The notes under the pieces are model-generated. The model saw only the letters and a list, made by a program, of their open reading frames with translations. It made no database searches and was not told where the DNA came from. DNA of 64,000 nt from Octopus vulgaris. Taxonomy: Eukaryota. Position 1 is the first letter of the stretch. Every line of letters starts with the position of its first letter. Shown here one piece after another: positions 1 through 13,134 of this stretch. The stretch spans positions 18,724,001 through 18,788,000 of the forward strand of contig OX597837.1 of the NCBI GenBank assembly GCA_951406725.2, in the 5' to 3' direction. The translations under genes and the position numbers were made by a program.

Positions 1-10
1 AAAGTAAGTA

Positions 11-276
11 AATATTTTCAGACGCAAAGGTGTGTAATTAATGGAAGATTTGGTTGTTGTTTCTAGCATATCGCATGATTACCTTCCTCGTTTCTTTCTC
101 ACTCTGATACGTATTGATGTTTTTCAATATTTTCTCCCCATTAATAGCATAAACTCATTTATGCTAGTAAAATAATTTTTTTGAAAATTTATGGTTTTAA
201 TTACCGGTCATGAGATATGCTAGAAACAACAGACAAATCTCCCTTAAATCACACACCTTTTCCTCTGAAAATATTT
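11..276. repeat. Imperfect inverted repeat (foldback/MITE-like family)
   Basis: About 11-80 (aaatattttcagacgcaaaggtgtg..gatttggttgttgtttctagcatatc) pairs with about 207-276. The same gagatttggctgctatttctag motif recurs near 7245, 7820, 32855, 35505 and 43245. Confidence 0.6.
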
Positions 277-767
277 AATTTTTTTACCGAAAAGCCTTCT
301 ATAGTTTTCTCAAGTGCGTAGTGCCCACAAAATCGGTCTGGAAAGGGGAAGATGTGTGTGGAGAGGGGGTTTTATAATAAACATTTTTCGTAAATTTTTT
401 TTTTTTGCTAAAAGGATGCCCCAGGGCATTTCCAAGTGCATTGTGAAAAAGAAAAAAAAAACTCTGAAAACAGAAATTCCTGTCAAAACAGAAATTCCAT
501 CCTGTAGGTGCTACATATCTCCGACGTCAGCCAATAATTTGTTTAATTGCTACTTCAAAATTCTTAATTTTCAGTGGTAAGAATTTTATTGAATATGGTA
601 TCGAATGGTACAGGGAGAGCTTTTTAAAATACAATTTAACGAAAGCAATTAACCGCAAAATCAATTGGTCAAAGTAACAGTAGCTCGAATCAACATTAAT
701 TGATTTATAGCAAATATTAAAATAATTAAATCTTAGAGCGAGTTATAAACAGTAGCTGCAACACATC

Positions 768-1000
768 GTGATGTATATTTGCCATTTAAATATGGCTAAC
801 CCCTAAGGGTGGATGCTACTGTAGTTTGTAGCCCCAGGAGGACACCTCCTCCAGCTGGCTATAGACACACTTTGCAAATACTGATAAGGCACAGAAAGTG
901 TGTCTATAGCCAGCTGGAGGAGGTGTCCTCCTGGGGCTACAAACTACAGTAGCATCCACCCTTAGGGGTTAGCCATATTTAAATGGCAAATATACGTCAC
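768..1000. repeat. Near-perfect 106-bp inverted repeat with 21-nt spacer
   Basis: 768-873 is the reverse complement of 895-1000 with one mismatch; spacer gcaaatactgataaggcacag. Confidence 0.9.
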
Positions 1001-1560
1001 CATTAAAATAATTATAATAACAAATATTAAACTAATAATAGCCTATATTAAAACAAGGCTTTCATTAACGGTGTAGTTTATGTGTGCGTATTTGTCTCGT
1101 TTGCATTTACAGTATAAACAATCTTCACATTTCAGGAGTTTCTGTAATCAGCGTCAATCAAAAAGAATCAAATCTATGTTAAAAGCACAAGTCTTCAGGG
1201 GTTTTAATAATTTCATTATTCAGCTTAAAGGATATCTTAGACTTATGAGACCAGATGAGAACACTAAATTGGATTTGTTTCTGTTAAGTCTTTGAGATAC
1301 AATATTTGGCTGCTATGATAAAATAGAGACTTGGAATTATATTTTAAAAAGCGAGGCTTGAAGATGGCATTACATTCTATTCAAGAGTAAAACTTTCATT
1401 ACGTCTAAATTTATCGGAAGCAAACAACCTTTTAATTAGTTTGATAATTTTCTTAGATAAAGATCAAAATACTGTAATCTAACCATTTACGAAAGAGCTT
1501 ATAAGAGATGTTTCTTCCTCAACCCACTCAGGGATTAAATGGGGACCGATCCAAAGGCAC

Positions 1561-1948
1561 TTTACTCTTTTACTTGTTTCAGTCATTTGACTGTGGCCAT
1601 GCTGGAGCACCGCCTTTAGTCGAGCAAATCGACCCCAGGACTTATTCTTTGTAAGCCTAGTACTTATTCTACCGTCTCTTTTGCCGAACCGCTAAGGTTA
1701 CGTGGACGTAAACACACCAGCATCGGTTGTCAAGCGATGTTGGGGGGACAAACACAGACACACACACGCGCGCGCGCACATATACATATGACGGGCTTCT
1801 TTCATTTTCCGTCTACCAAATCCACTCACAAGGCTTTGGTCGGCCTGAAGCTATAGTAGAAGACACTTGCCCAAGGTGCCACACAGTGGGACTGAACCCG
1901 GAACCATATGGTTGGTTAGCAAGCTACTTAGCATACAGCCACTTCTAC
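1561..1948 (-). mobile_element. tRNA-headed SINE, family A (full length)
   Basis: Minus-strand head with A-box-like TGGCTGT.TG and B-box GGTTCAGTCCC, internal (TG)n, tail gtaaaagagtaaa; many near-identical copies in the window. Confidence 0.85.
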
Positions 1949-3689
1949 GTCTAACTTTACTTCATCTCATGAAGCTGGCGAAACCTTTACGTTGCAGGAT
2001 GTCGCTACAGCTCAGGTGGAGGAGTCGACTTTTAGAATAACTACAATAACCAGTTGTTGAGAAATCAACTTCAGTTGAAGCTTAAACTTGTTTTTCGTGT
2101 TGCTTTAGATAATATCCCGCTTTTGATAAATGATGTCTTTATTGTAAGTGAGATACAATCTCAACAAACCAGTTAAAACGAGCTCCTGGATCCAAAACTC
2201 AAAATAGCACTTAGGAAACTGCAAACATCTGGTCATGCAGCCCTCGTTGTTATGTAAATACAGCAACTCATACAGTAATTATGATAACACAAGTAATCAT
2301 AATAACATAAATTTAGAAGCGGTAAATCGTGAAGACATGTCTAACACTCTACCACTATTGGAATAAACAATTTTAACCAACCAAATATTTGAACGAATTA
2401 TGTTATATCCTAATTATAAGCAAATACAAGCTTTTTATTTTACTCAAAAATTACTAACTTTTGGCATTTCTTCTGAAGTCTCTTTATTTAGTTATGCAGA
2501 GTTTAAAAGAATATCCAATATCATATTGGGTATTCTGTAATTATCCTACATTGTTAGTTAATTACTAATAGCAGAATTAAGTAAGATTACGAAAGTTCAA
2601 TAATCATGCACTCTTAGTTGTAGCGAAACAATTTGCCATTTATTATAAAACGTGGGTGAAATAGCTTCGCTAGTCGACAAACTCTAAAATACTTCTATGG
2701 TTTGGATAATTGACTCCTTGAAATTACGGATCATTAGTGTTATTGCTGCTGTTATATATACTTAAAACTGAGCATTTATAAATATATATATCAGATTATA
2801 AAGCGAGGAATTCTTATTTGATTTTATAAGGCTGCAGCTACCCCAATACCGACTCATATCTATCTCTTAAAGGTGTCAGCCAATTTGGGCTCCCTGATAA
2901 ACCAATTACTAAGCCAAGAATGCTGCCATACAAAAAAGCCATATCTGAAATTTGCTGTCAAACCTGATAGAAGTTCTTCCTCTGAGTACATATGGTAAGA
3001 TTTAGCCAATTACGATGTCGCAAATATGAATGGCGGGTTTTGTTCTCATTAGTCAGAAGTTAGTGATCAGAAATTAGATTAAGAAAGACATGAAATATAA
3101 AACCAGAATATGTTCCATATTAATTCTATATTTCATGTGTAATAGATTGTGTAGTAACACACACACGCACACACACACACACACATACACACACATACAC
3201 ACACACACGCGCACACATACGCGCGCGCGCACACACACACACACTCACACACACACACATTCCAGGGTGTACACGTACTTCTATGCCATCATATTTCTGG
3301 GATCATAAGTGTGTCTGCATTCTTATAGAAACATTGTGATTATGTGCGTGCGCGTGTGTGTCCTAATTTCAAACTTTTCCCTCTTTTTCCGTGATCTTAA
3401 CCTCCTCAAACAATTTTTTGTTGTCCTCATTTTCCCTTCATACGTCTTTACATCGCCCTAAACTTATTTTCACTAAAATTCCCTTCTCATATCATGCTGA
3501 TTCCCTAAACTATTGTCTCTATCACACTTTCATCCAACGTGCTTCCCGCTTGAACTTCAATTCCTCTAACCACAATACCAAATCTTATCCAATGAGCCCA
3601 TACTCACCTATTCTTCATGTCTACCAAATGGAGAGTCTTTCTTACTCAAGACTACTATCTATAAAGTAAAATGTTAAAATACATAACAC

Positions 3690-3778
<89 letters not shown>

Positions 3779-3813
3779 GTAAATATAATATGTGACAATT
3801 ATTCGGTAGTCAT

Positions 3814-3874
3814 GATAAAACTCCGAGTTTCAGATGTCGGGGCGGAAATCAACGCCGGCATCTCATCAGTTATC
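3814..3874 (-). ncRNA. Minimal type I hammerhead ribozyme motif
   Basis: Minus strand: GAUAA-CUGAUGA-GAUGCCGG..CCGACAUC-U-GAAAC-UCGGA-GUU-UUAUC. 5-bp stem I, 8-bp stem II with one mismatch and one extra U, palindromic stem III. Confidence 0.65.
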
Positions 3875-3907
3875 GGACCATCGAAAAAAATGCCTGTCAC
3901 AATTATT

Positions 3908-5517
3908 CGGGTGTCTCAGAAATATGTACATCCCTAAAAATTTTCAGTAAAATTTCCATTACTCTGATAATATCGAAGGAAATCAAGCGAAATTTATCCC
4001 GAATAAAATATATTATACATGCAAACATTATACATATTTAGAACACAAAACAATAAACATTTTCAATGATATGAATGAAATATTAATTTTCAAACGTCAC
4101 AAAAATATGTACACCCTAAAGGAAATTTGCTATACTCAATATTTTATCCACTTTTCTTTTTTTTTTATACTAAATACAGATATTGCTGATGATTTCAATT
4201 CTAATAAAATCATTGTCCTGGCATTTTTGCACCGGTCATAGTTATTGCATTTTCAGGAATTCTGATTTGTGTGCCATGGTGAAAATCGTCTTCATTGTGA
4301 TTAAAATGGCACCAAAAAGAAAAGAATTGTCTGAAGATTTGAAGAAAATTATTTTTAATTTGCACAAGAATTGTTTAGGATACAAGTTAATTAGCAAACG
4401 AATGCATATTAGCGTAAACACAGTTGCCAAAGTAATTCAGAAGTACAAAGCGACTAGACGGCTAAACAATAGAGATCGTCCTGGTCGTCGTTCTATTTTA
4501 ACTGCTCGTGATATTCCCCACATCCAACATTGCGAGATGGACGACAGGCGTCGAACCGCTTCATCTTTGGCCCAAGAAGTGTCTTCTGTTAATGGAAAGA
4601 GTGTGTCCGCCCAAACAGTTCGCCGAATGTGGTCTTCATGGACGCATTCCTCGTAGAAGCCTTTCCTCACTACCATGCATAAATCAAGTCGTCTTTCTTT
4701 TGCCAAAAGCTATGTAAGTGGAAGGAGTTTTGGAATAAGATTCCTTTTTCTGACGAGACTAAATCAACTTGTTTGGGTCAGTTGGCATTAAACGAGTATA
4801 GCAACGACCAGGTAAAGATGATAACGACAAATACACCGTGCCTACCGTGAAACACGGCGGCGAAAGTGTTATGCTTTGGGGATGCATGAGTGTGGCTGGT
4901 GTCGGAGAACTCACATTTATTGAAAGAACAATGGATTCAAGGCTTTATCGCGACATATTGCAGAAAACAATGTTGAAAAGTATCAAGGAACTTGGAAGAC
5001 ATTCCATGTTCCAGCATGATAATGACCCTAAACACACTTCAAAGATAACGACTAAGTTTTTGCCAGATAAAAAGGTAATGGTATTGCCTTGGCCTACCAT
5101 GTCACCTAATTTAAATCCAATAGAGTATCTGTGGGGTGTTTTGAAAAAGAAGGTTGAAGAGGGAAAACACCGCAAAGTAACACAGTTGAAAGACAGCATT
5201 CAGGATGAATGGAGGTCGATTTTATCGGTTTTATGCGAAAATTTGGTCGACTCTATGCCCAGAAGACTTAATGCAGTCATTGAAAACAAGGGCAGTCACA
5301 CCAAATATTGAATATAGCAAATAATCTTTTAGGGTGTACATATTTTTGTTTCGTTCATATCTTTGAAAATGTTTATTGTTTCCTGTTCCAAATTTGTATA
5401 ATGTTTGCATGTATATATTATTCAGTATAAGTTTCGTTTGATTTCCTTCGATATTATTAGAGTAATGGCAATTGTACTGAAATTTTTTAGGAGTGTACAT
5501 ACTTCTGTGAGATACTG
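3908..5517 (+). mobile_element. Tc1-family DNA transposon with long IR/DR-type terminal inverted repeats; frameshifted DD34E-type transposase (about 4306-5311)
   Basis: ORFs MAPKRKELSEDLK..GYKLISK and PTVKHGGESVMLWGCM..FQHDNDPKHTSK..WPTMSPNLNPIEYLW. TIRs of about 200 bp (about 3908-4120 and 5327-5517), each with inner and outer atgtacaccctaa-like direct repeats; right end gatactg|TA. Confidence 0.92.
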
Positions 5518-5556
5518 TATCTATAGTTTTATACACACACGCACACACACATAACT

Positions 5557-5820
5557 ATTACAATGAATACAGAGATCGGTATATTTGTATATCTTTTTTT
5601 TATTTCTACAGTGAATTATACAGCATATTTGATAAAAGCATGTCCGACACACGTTTCTGTTTCATAGCCCCTCGCAATTGCATTAGCATTCAGTTATTGG
5701 AATTACGAGATGGCTATGCAGCAGAAACGTGCGTCGGACATATTTGAATCAAATATGCTGTACAATTGACTGTCGAAATAAAAAGTATGCTGATTCACTA
5801 ATCTCCGTATTCATTGTAAT
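5557..5820. repeat. Diverged inverted repeat, probably an inverted Penelope tail
   Basis: attacaatgaatac..gtccgacacacgtttctg..catagcc versus ggctatg..cagaaacgtgcgtcggac..gtattcattgtaat. Each arm carries the hammerhead 3' half GAAAC-GUGY-GUC. Confidence 0.7.
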
Positions 5821-6473
5821 TTTATTGAATGCACACTCGGTAAACTACTTATAATCCAGCGAAGCGAACCCAGGATTTACTCACCGGATGAAATACATTG
5901 GGATTGTTTACCCTAAGTAACCCTAGATGCTCCGTATAACTCGATGCGGTTAGCCATAACCCGGATTATAACTGAGTGCTTGTACGGTAATCACCTGAAT
6001 ACTTTATCCTTCTCTATTCATTATATACGAGTCAACCTCTGGACATGATAGGGAAAAGCAGCATCTGTCTGATTTTATAAATATATATATTTATAAATGA
6101 GAAAATAATTGGGCATCTTGATACTTTTCTGTCAAACTCAGTTTGTGATGGGAAAATTTCCAAATACATTGATTAGAATTACATTCTCGACAACCAGATT
6201 GACATTCATCAAGCTTCAAATTATGGGAACGCGTAAAAACTATATTTTATTCAAATAAATCTAATTCACGTTATTACTGAACGTTAGCTTCCAAAAGTAT
6301 TCCAAGAACTTCAGAATCGGATCACAGTTTGGTTCATAATGACGATGGACATGCAGAAAATTAACAATTTCAAGAATAAAGCCTGTTTTTCAGACAGTAA
6401 TTTATTCTTTCAGTTAAATTCTACCAAATATAGAACTAAAATTATACACCTTTATAATTGCATTAGAATGACT

Positions 6474-6512
<39 letters not shown>

Positions 6513-6524
6513 CGTGTGTGTGTG

Positions 6525-6695
6525 AGGGCGCATGGTATAGTGGTTAGGGTATTGCACTCACGATCTAGCGACCGTGATTTCAATTCCTAGACCATCATAG
6601 ACCGGGTGGTGCGTTGTATCACGTTGCTCTGCCATCACTTCAACACCTGACGCGTGGTATACAATGCACCTATTCAGGTAAAGTTGATTTGATGC
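6525..6695 (+). mobile_element. tRNA-headed SINE, family C fragment
   Basis: gggcgcatggtatagtggttagggtattgcactcacgatc..tttcaattcc (A/B-box-like); related to the head of the minus-strand copy at 8395-8700. Confidence 0.55.
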
Positions 6696-6707
6696 ATATA
6701 TATATAT

Positions 6708-7074
6708 ACTAGCAGTATCGCCCGGCGTTGCTCGGGTTTGTAAGGGAAATAACTATAAAGCATTTTTAGATAGTTATAGCCAAAATATAGCAAAAAATGG
6801 GAAAAAAATGATGGTAAATTTTTTTGAGAGTTAAAAAGGTGGAGTTGCGTCCCCTAGACAGTCTGTGGTTTGTGTTTCTGATTCTCGACCCCATGTCGAA
6901 TTTATCGATTTTTTTTCAGAACTGGGGGAAATTTTCAAAATTTTCGCTGCGTTAGTTTTGAATTATGACATTGGGCTATGTGTGTGTCAAGTTTCATCAG
7001 GATCAGTTGAAAGCCGTGGTCAGAGTGAGGGTACAACCAAACAGACACACAGAAACACACACAGACAAACTGCC

Positions 7075-7085
<11 letters not shown>
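6708..7085 (-). mobile_element. Non-autonomous Helitron/Helentron-like element
   Basis: Minus strand ends in a GC hairpin (cccgagcaacgccggg) followed by CTAG; the other end is acagacaaac..tttatatata. A similar hairpin plus CTAG end lies at 43357-43384 on the + strand. Confidence 0.6.
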
Positions 7086-7134
<49 letters not shown>

Positions 7135-7239
7135 TTAGAGAGAGAGAGAGAGAGATAGAGCTAGAGAGAGAGTTAATGTGTGGCATGAACATTTGGTTGC
7201 GATAATCAAATCATTTGTGCAGGTCGTTCGGCAAAAGCT

Positions 7240-7536
7240 GATTTAAGGGAAATTTGGCTGTAGTTTCTAGCACATCCCAAGATCAAACTCCTTGTTTCTT
7301 TCTCACTCTCGCATGTATTTATGTTTTTAAATATTTTTCTTCTCATAAACACATTTATTTTATTAAAAACATTTGAAAATTTATGATATTTTTTCACCCA
7401 TCTTTCTGCTTATAATTTTAAATATTGGACAGACTGATAGTCATTTCTGGCATTTATCCACACTGATTAAGAAAAGTGCGGTGGGGCTATTTAAAAGATA
7501 CTTCAATTTAATAGCATACTTTTCTGTTACAAAATA

Positions 7537-7614
<78 letters not shown>

Positions 7615-7840
7615 CTTCGTAAGATCGAAGTGGGGTCAAAATTTAAATTACCGTTTTTTTTTATTTGGTTGTTGCTTTATATCCCACCAAAGGACCACGC
7701 GTTTGTTACTTCCGCATCATCATTCCATAAATGTGTTTATGGGGAGAAAAATATTGTAAAACGACAATACATATGAGAGTGAAAACCAGGAAGGTGGTCT
7801 TCGGATGTGCTAAAAACAACAGCCAAATCTCCCTTAAATC
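7240..7840. repeat. Inverted pair of the family seen at 11-276
   Basis: About 7240-7358 pairs imperfectly with about 7727-7840. Confidence 0.6.
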
Positions 7841-7941
7841 ACACACAATTTCCTCTGAAAATACACCCCCTCGGAAAATACACAGTACTGTGTATTGCAA
7901 CAAACAAGCTTTGCTGTAGCCTTTCTTACTATAGATGGACA

Positions 7942-7993
<52 letters not shown>

Positions 7994-8394
7994 AGGATTG
8001 AGATGAAGAATTACTTATTTAACAGGACAGAACAAAGTTGATTTCTTACTGAATTTTAAACTTGGACAATTTTCCTTGTCTAATTGTTTCCATGGGCTTC
8101 TTTTGCATTTGACTAAATAGGTACCAGGTCTTGTTGGTTTTGAATTGTCATCAAATGCTTCTCTAACTTTACTTTTTCAGGTAGGAGTGTCGGCTTTTCA
8201 CAAATCCACAAACCCATTTTTACCTCTAAGGAGGAGAGGTCGTTATATATCAGGCCTCCATTCTTTGATCTTTACTGCATTGGAGGTTCCATCAGGAGCT
8301 TGTGCTCTGCTGACATAACTCTCATGGGTCACTGAGGCCCACAAGCCATCCTTCCGTGAAAAGGACTGGACCTCACGTGAAACCAATATAACTG

Positions 8395-9200
8395 GTTACG
8401 ATGACAAGGGTTCCAGTTGATCCGATCAACGGAACGGCCTGCTCACGAAATTAACTTGCAAGTGGCTGAGCACTCCACAAATATGTGTTCCCTTAACATA
8501 GTCCACAGGGAGATTCAGCAGGACACAGAATGTGACAAGGCTAGCCCTCTGAAATACAGGTACATCTCACTTTTGCCAGCTGAGAGGACTAGAGCAATGT
8601 GAAGTTAAGTGTCTTGCTCAAGGATAAAAAACATCACTGCATATCGAACTCACAACCTTACGATCATGAGCCGAATACTCTAACCACTAAGCTAAGTGCC
8701 GTCATACATACATACATACATACATACATACATACATACATACATACATACATACATACATACATACATACATACATACATACATACATACATGCATGCA
8801 TGCATGCATACATACATACATACATACATACATACATGCATGCATACATACATACATACATACATACATACATACATACATACATACATACATACATACA
8901 TACATACATACATGCATGCATACATACATACATACATACATACATACATACATACATACATACATACATGCATACATACATACATAGATACATACATACA
9001 TACATGCATGCATGTAACACTCCGTCAGTTACGATGACAAGTGTTCTAGTCAATCTGATCAACAGAACAGCCTGCTCGTGAAATTAACATGCTAGTGGTT
9101 GAGCATTCCACAGACATGCTTACCATTACCGTAGTTCTCAAGGAGATTCAGCGTGACACAGAAAGTGAAAAGATTGGTCCTTTGAATTACAGGTACACCT
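8395..9200 (-). mobile_element. Two family C SINE copies (8395-8700, 9022-9200) separated by (TACA)n
   Basis: Shared gttacgatgacaag..gatcaac.gaac.gcctgctc..gaaattaac..gagattcagc..gacacagaa. Confidence 0.7.
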
Positions 9201-9209
9201 TTTTTGTCT

Positions 9210-9247
<38 letters not shown>

Positions 9248-9295
9248 AAATAAGTCAAAATAGAAAATGCTAAAATAATTTTATAAAGAACATTT

Positions 9296-9333
9296 CAGTA
9301 CCAGTTTCAGTCATTTTGAGACCTTTTCAACTG
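9296..9333 (-). ncRNA. Minimal hammerhead ribozyme motif with U3-A8 variant core
   Basis: Minus strand: CAG-UUGAAAA-GGUC-ucaaaau-GACU-GAAAC-UG-GUA-CUG. All three stems close; C3-G8 is replaced by U3-A8. Confidence 0.6.
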
Positions 9334-9437
9334 TAACGATTAAATAATTAAATTTAGAAAAATTAAAAGAAATGTTTTTTTAAAGGAATATTTGTATAGT
9401 GTTCAAATATAAGTGGCATTTTCCTTGTTTCTGCCTT

Positions 9438-9529
<92 letters not shown>

Positions 9530-9623
9530 CATACATACATACATACATACATACATACATACATACATACATTCATGCATGCATACATACATACATACAT
9601 ACATACATACATACATACATACA

Positions 9624-9709
<86 letters not shown>

Positions 9710-9930
9710 TGTATGTATGTATGTATGTATGTATGTATATAATACAAAATGGGACTAGAACGCAAAACATCTAGACAGTTAGGTGATACAAAAATGAGAC
9801 AACAAAACATCCAGATAGACGATACAAAGAAACCAAGGACGGGTCATTCGAAGTTTTCTTTCCTCAGGCGAGTACCAGATTATCTTCGCAATTTCGGCTG
9901 ATTATACTCGAGATTGCTCCAATCTGGCCA

Positions 9931-9974
<44 letters not shown>

Positions 9975-10433
9975 TCTTTCATTGGTTTCAGCCATGCGAC
10001 TGCGGTGAAGCTGAGGCTCTACCGTAATTTTCAACATTTACATATGATTCTTCTTGGGCTGATTTCTTCGGTGGTGGGGGTTCACATTACCACCCCTGTT
10101 TATATAAGTACATTTAAAAGTCTTTGTAAAAATTATTTCATACAGTTTTACTAAGTATAAAAATGAACTTTCTAAAAAGAATTTTTCTTTTTTTTTTAAG
10201 TTATGAATTCTTTATCAGAACGGCACTAACCTTTGTGGCAGAAGTTTCTTTCTAGTGTGTGTAAGCGCTTTCGATTATCTTTTCAAACACGCACTCACAC
10301 ATATGCGCGCGCGTAATCAGCCGAAATTGCGAGGATGATCCGGGTCTTGACTGAAGATTGAAGGCTTCGAATGTCCTGACCGTGTTTTTTGTATCGTCTT
10401 CTAAATGTTTTGCGTTCTTGTCCCAGTTTGTAT

Positions 10434-10594
<161 letters not shown>

Positions 10595-10614
10595 TGTATT
10601 TATGTATATATTTA

Positions 10615-10808
10615 AAGAAGTGACTTTAAATTCTCAAACGCAGGATTATGCTAATAATATAGCCTGAACAGGATAAGCTACCCTTAATTTGCAGAAAAAG
10701 GTATTGGCGGCCGCCGCCAACACTTTTTCTGCAAAATAGGGGTAGCTTATCCTGTTCAGGCTATATTATTAGCATTATCCTGCGTTTGAGAATTTAAAGT
10801 CACTTCTT
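10615..10808. repeat. About 194-bp palindrome (hairpin MITE-like)
   Basis: aagaagtgactttaaattctcaaacgcagga..ttggcggc|cgccgccaa..tcctgcgtttgagaatttaaagtcacttctt; few mismatches and almost no spacer. Confidence 0.88.
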
Positions 10809-10881
10809 AATTTTCTAAGACATCTGAACGCTTCTAAAGCAAACTTCGTTTGTTTGTTTACGTTCATCGTAATTTGAATTA

Positions 10882-10927
<46 letters not shown>

Positions 10928-11269
10928 CACATACTTGCATACACACACATACATACACACACATGATGTGTGTAAATGGTTGTTTTTAATGTTAGTATAT
11001 GCGAATGTGTGTATGTCTGTAAAGACGTAGTCAATTAGATTAATAAATCTCACGAGCCACTTCACTTAATCTGAAAATTAGATACAATGCAACTCCACTG
11101 AGAAACGTCAGCGATTTTATGGAGCTTTGAGGAATACACAATTAACAGAGCGACCATTTAGAATCATATTTATGTTCAGTGCCAGATATGTACTTTCCGA
11201 TGTGCCAGTTATTTCTATTTGAAGAACAGACACCGAGAAGTGTTGTATATGGGGAGTTGTTTGAAGAAC

Positions 11270-11502
11270 AGGTAGCGAGGCTGGTAGAATCGTAGGCACG
11301 CCGGGCGAAATGCTAAGCGGTATTTCGTCCGCCGCTGCGTTCTGAGTTCAAATTCCGCCGAGGTCGACTTTACCTTTCATCCTTTCGGGGTCGATAAATT
11401 AAATACCAGTTACGCACTGGGTCGATATAATCGACTTAATCCGTCTGCTTGTCCTTGTTTGTCCTCTCTATGTTTAACCCTTTGTGGGTAGTAAAGAAAT
11501 AG
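11270..11502 (+). mobile_element. SINE family B
   Basis: ggcggcgagctggcagaatcgttagcacg-type head, B-box gagttcaaattcc, body gaggtcgactttgcctttcatcctttcggggtcgataaattaagtaccagt; older copies at about 11600-11750, 12230-12390, 42375-42490 and 50050-50210. Confidence 0.8.
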
Positions 11503-13134
11503 GTAGCGAGGCTGAGTGATCTATAACGCAGTATCGCAGAATATGATGTGGCATATGAAAAGCAAGCGCTATATACTGGTGAAGTATAGGATGCTTAAAA
11601 GTGGCAGATTGGCAGACTCGTTAGAGTGTCGAATAGACGGCCGTGCGGTAATCGTTCCGGCTCTCTGCTTTCTGAGTTCAAATTTTCGTGAACTCAACTT
11701 TACCTTTCATGATCAATATCTAAGGTACCAGTTAAGTTCCGGGGCTGATTGTTATCTCCCTCCACTCTATCTTCTCTGTCTCCTCTTCCCTAGATTATGT
11801 TTGTAGATCAAAGGGTTTAGCTTCCCATATTGTGTCCCGTCGATTTGGTCTGAAAATTACGTTAAACTTGTCTGTGGAATAGTCAACTGATTACACGTTT
11901 ATTTCAGTAGAAATTCATTTGGTTGAGCAGCCAAAAGCTCATCGCTTAAACTGACGGAGAACCACTATATGATGCTTATTTCTCCCGAAAAATACTTCCG
12001 TTTCCAGATTGTGATGGTCATTTATTTACGTATTTATTTCGTCCACTTAACACTTCTGTGGTATAGGTGTGACTCGGACCTCTGCCATGATTCAAAATTA
12101 TAGCATCTAGTTACACTTGGATGGGCAGACTCAGACAAATACTCACTAAAACTCGCTCACATACACTTTTGCACATGCAATTATATATACATACACTAGT
12201 TATATAATTTCTTACATAAGGATTTTCTCAGGAGAGGGTAAGTCGATACCCTCTTGACTAGTACTTTATATTACTGACCCCGACAAGAACAAAAGGAAAT
12301 ATTGACCTCGACGGGATTTGAACTCAGAACAATATGAGCCAGAACAAATGCGAAGCTTTTTATCCGATACTCTCACATTTCTGCCAATCCACACATAAAC
12401 TAGAAATATAATAGATTTCATGAAATTTTCTAGTTTGTGAGTCGCTTCGTGATTAATCCTTCTGCCTCAGACGAATTGGTTCATATCGAATGGTCAGATT
12501 CCTCTTTTCCAAGCGACGACCTACAGACTTATCCAATCTCGCCAAGCTTAGTATTTGTAATTCTATGCGAGCAGAGTTTTGCTTCCAAGTGATATTAATA
12601 CCACTTTAAAATGATATTTAATGGCTTCAAAATAAGCGATTTCAAAGTGGAATTAACACAAAAAGATTTATTAGAAAGACTAACACAGAAACATCATAAC
12701 ATCATAATGGGCCTTGTAAGGCCTGTGGAGACCTAGCAAGCCAAAAAAAATTAAAAAAGAAAGAAAGAAAGAAAACCAAAATTTGTCAACAACGTGAATG
12801 TGCTAAGTTACAGGTTTTCACCAAACAAGCAACGAAGCAAAAGTTCATCACAAGGTTGTAATAGCTTCCAGGTTTCCGCGGTTAAGTACAGGGATGGCAC
12901 GCGATATTTGTTATAACTTTTTAGAATTTGCAATTCTAAATGAGAAGAAATCACTCCGCAGTGAAAACCTTGTTGCTTCACAGTGAAATTAGCGATTTCA
13001 AATTGAGGCTGGTACATTTGCGAATATGTTATCAAATAACTCTTTAGAGAATAAGCAGTTAAAATCAGTATGAGTTTTGCTTAAGTGAAATGTGATCACG
13101 TTGAAATTCCTGTTGTCACTTTGAATTACGAATA

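Noticed and set aside
874-910. Hammerhead-like ctgataag..gaaagtgtgtc in the hairpin loop
   Set aside because: Core is CUGAUAA (C3-A8 mismatch) and no stem II can form.
1880-1948. tRNA genes at SINE heads
   Set aside because: A/B boxes are present but there is no cloverleaf or acceptor stem, and the heads run into SINE bodies.
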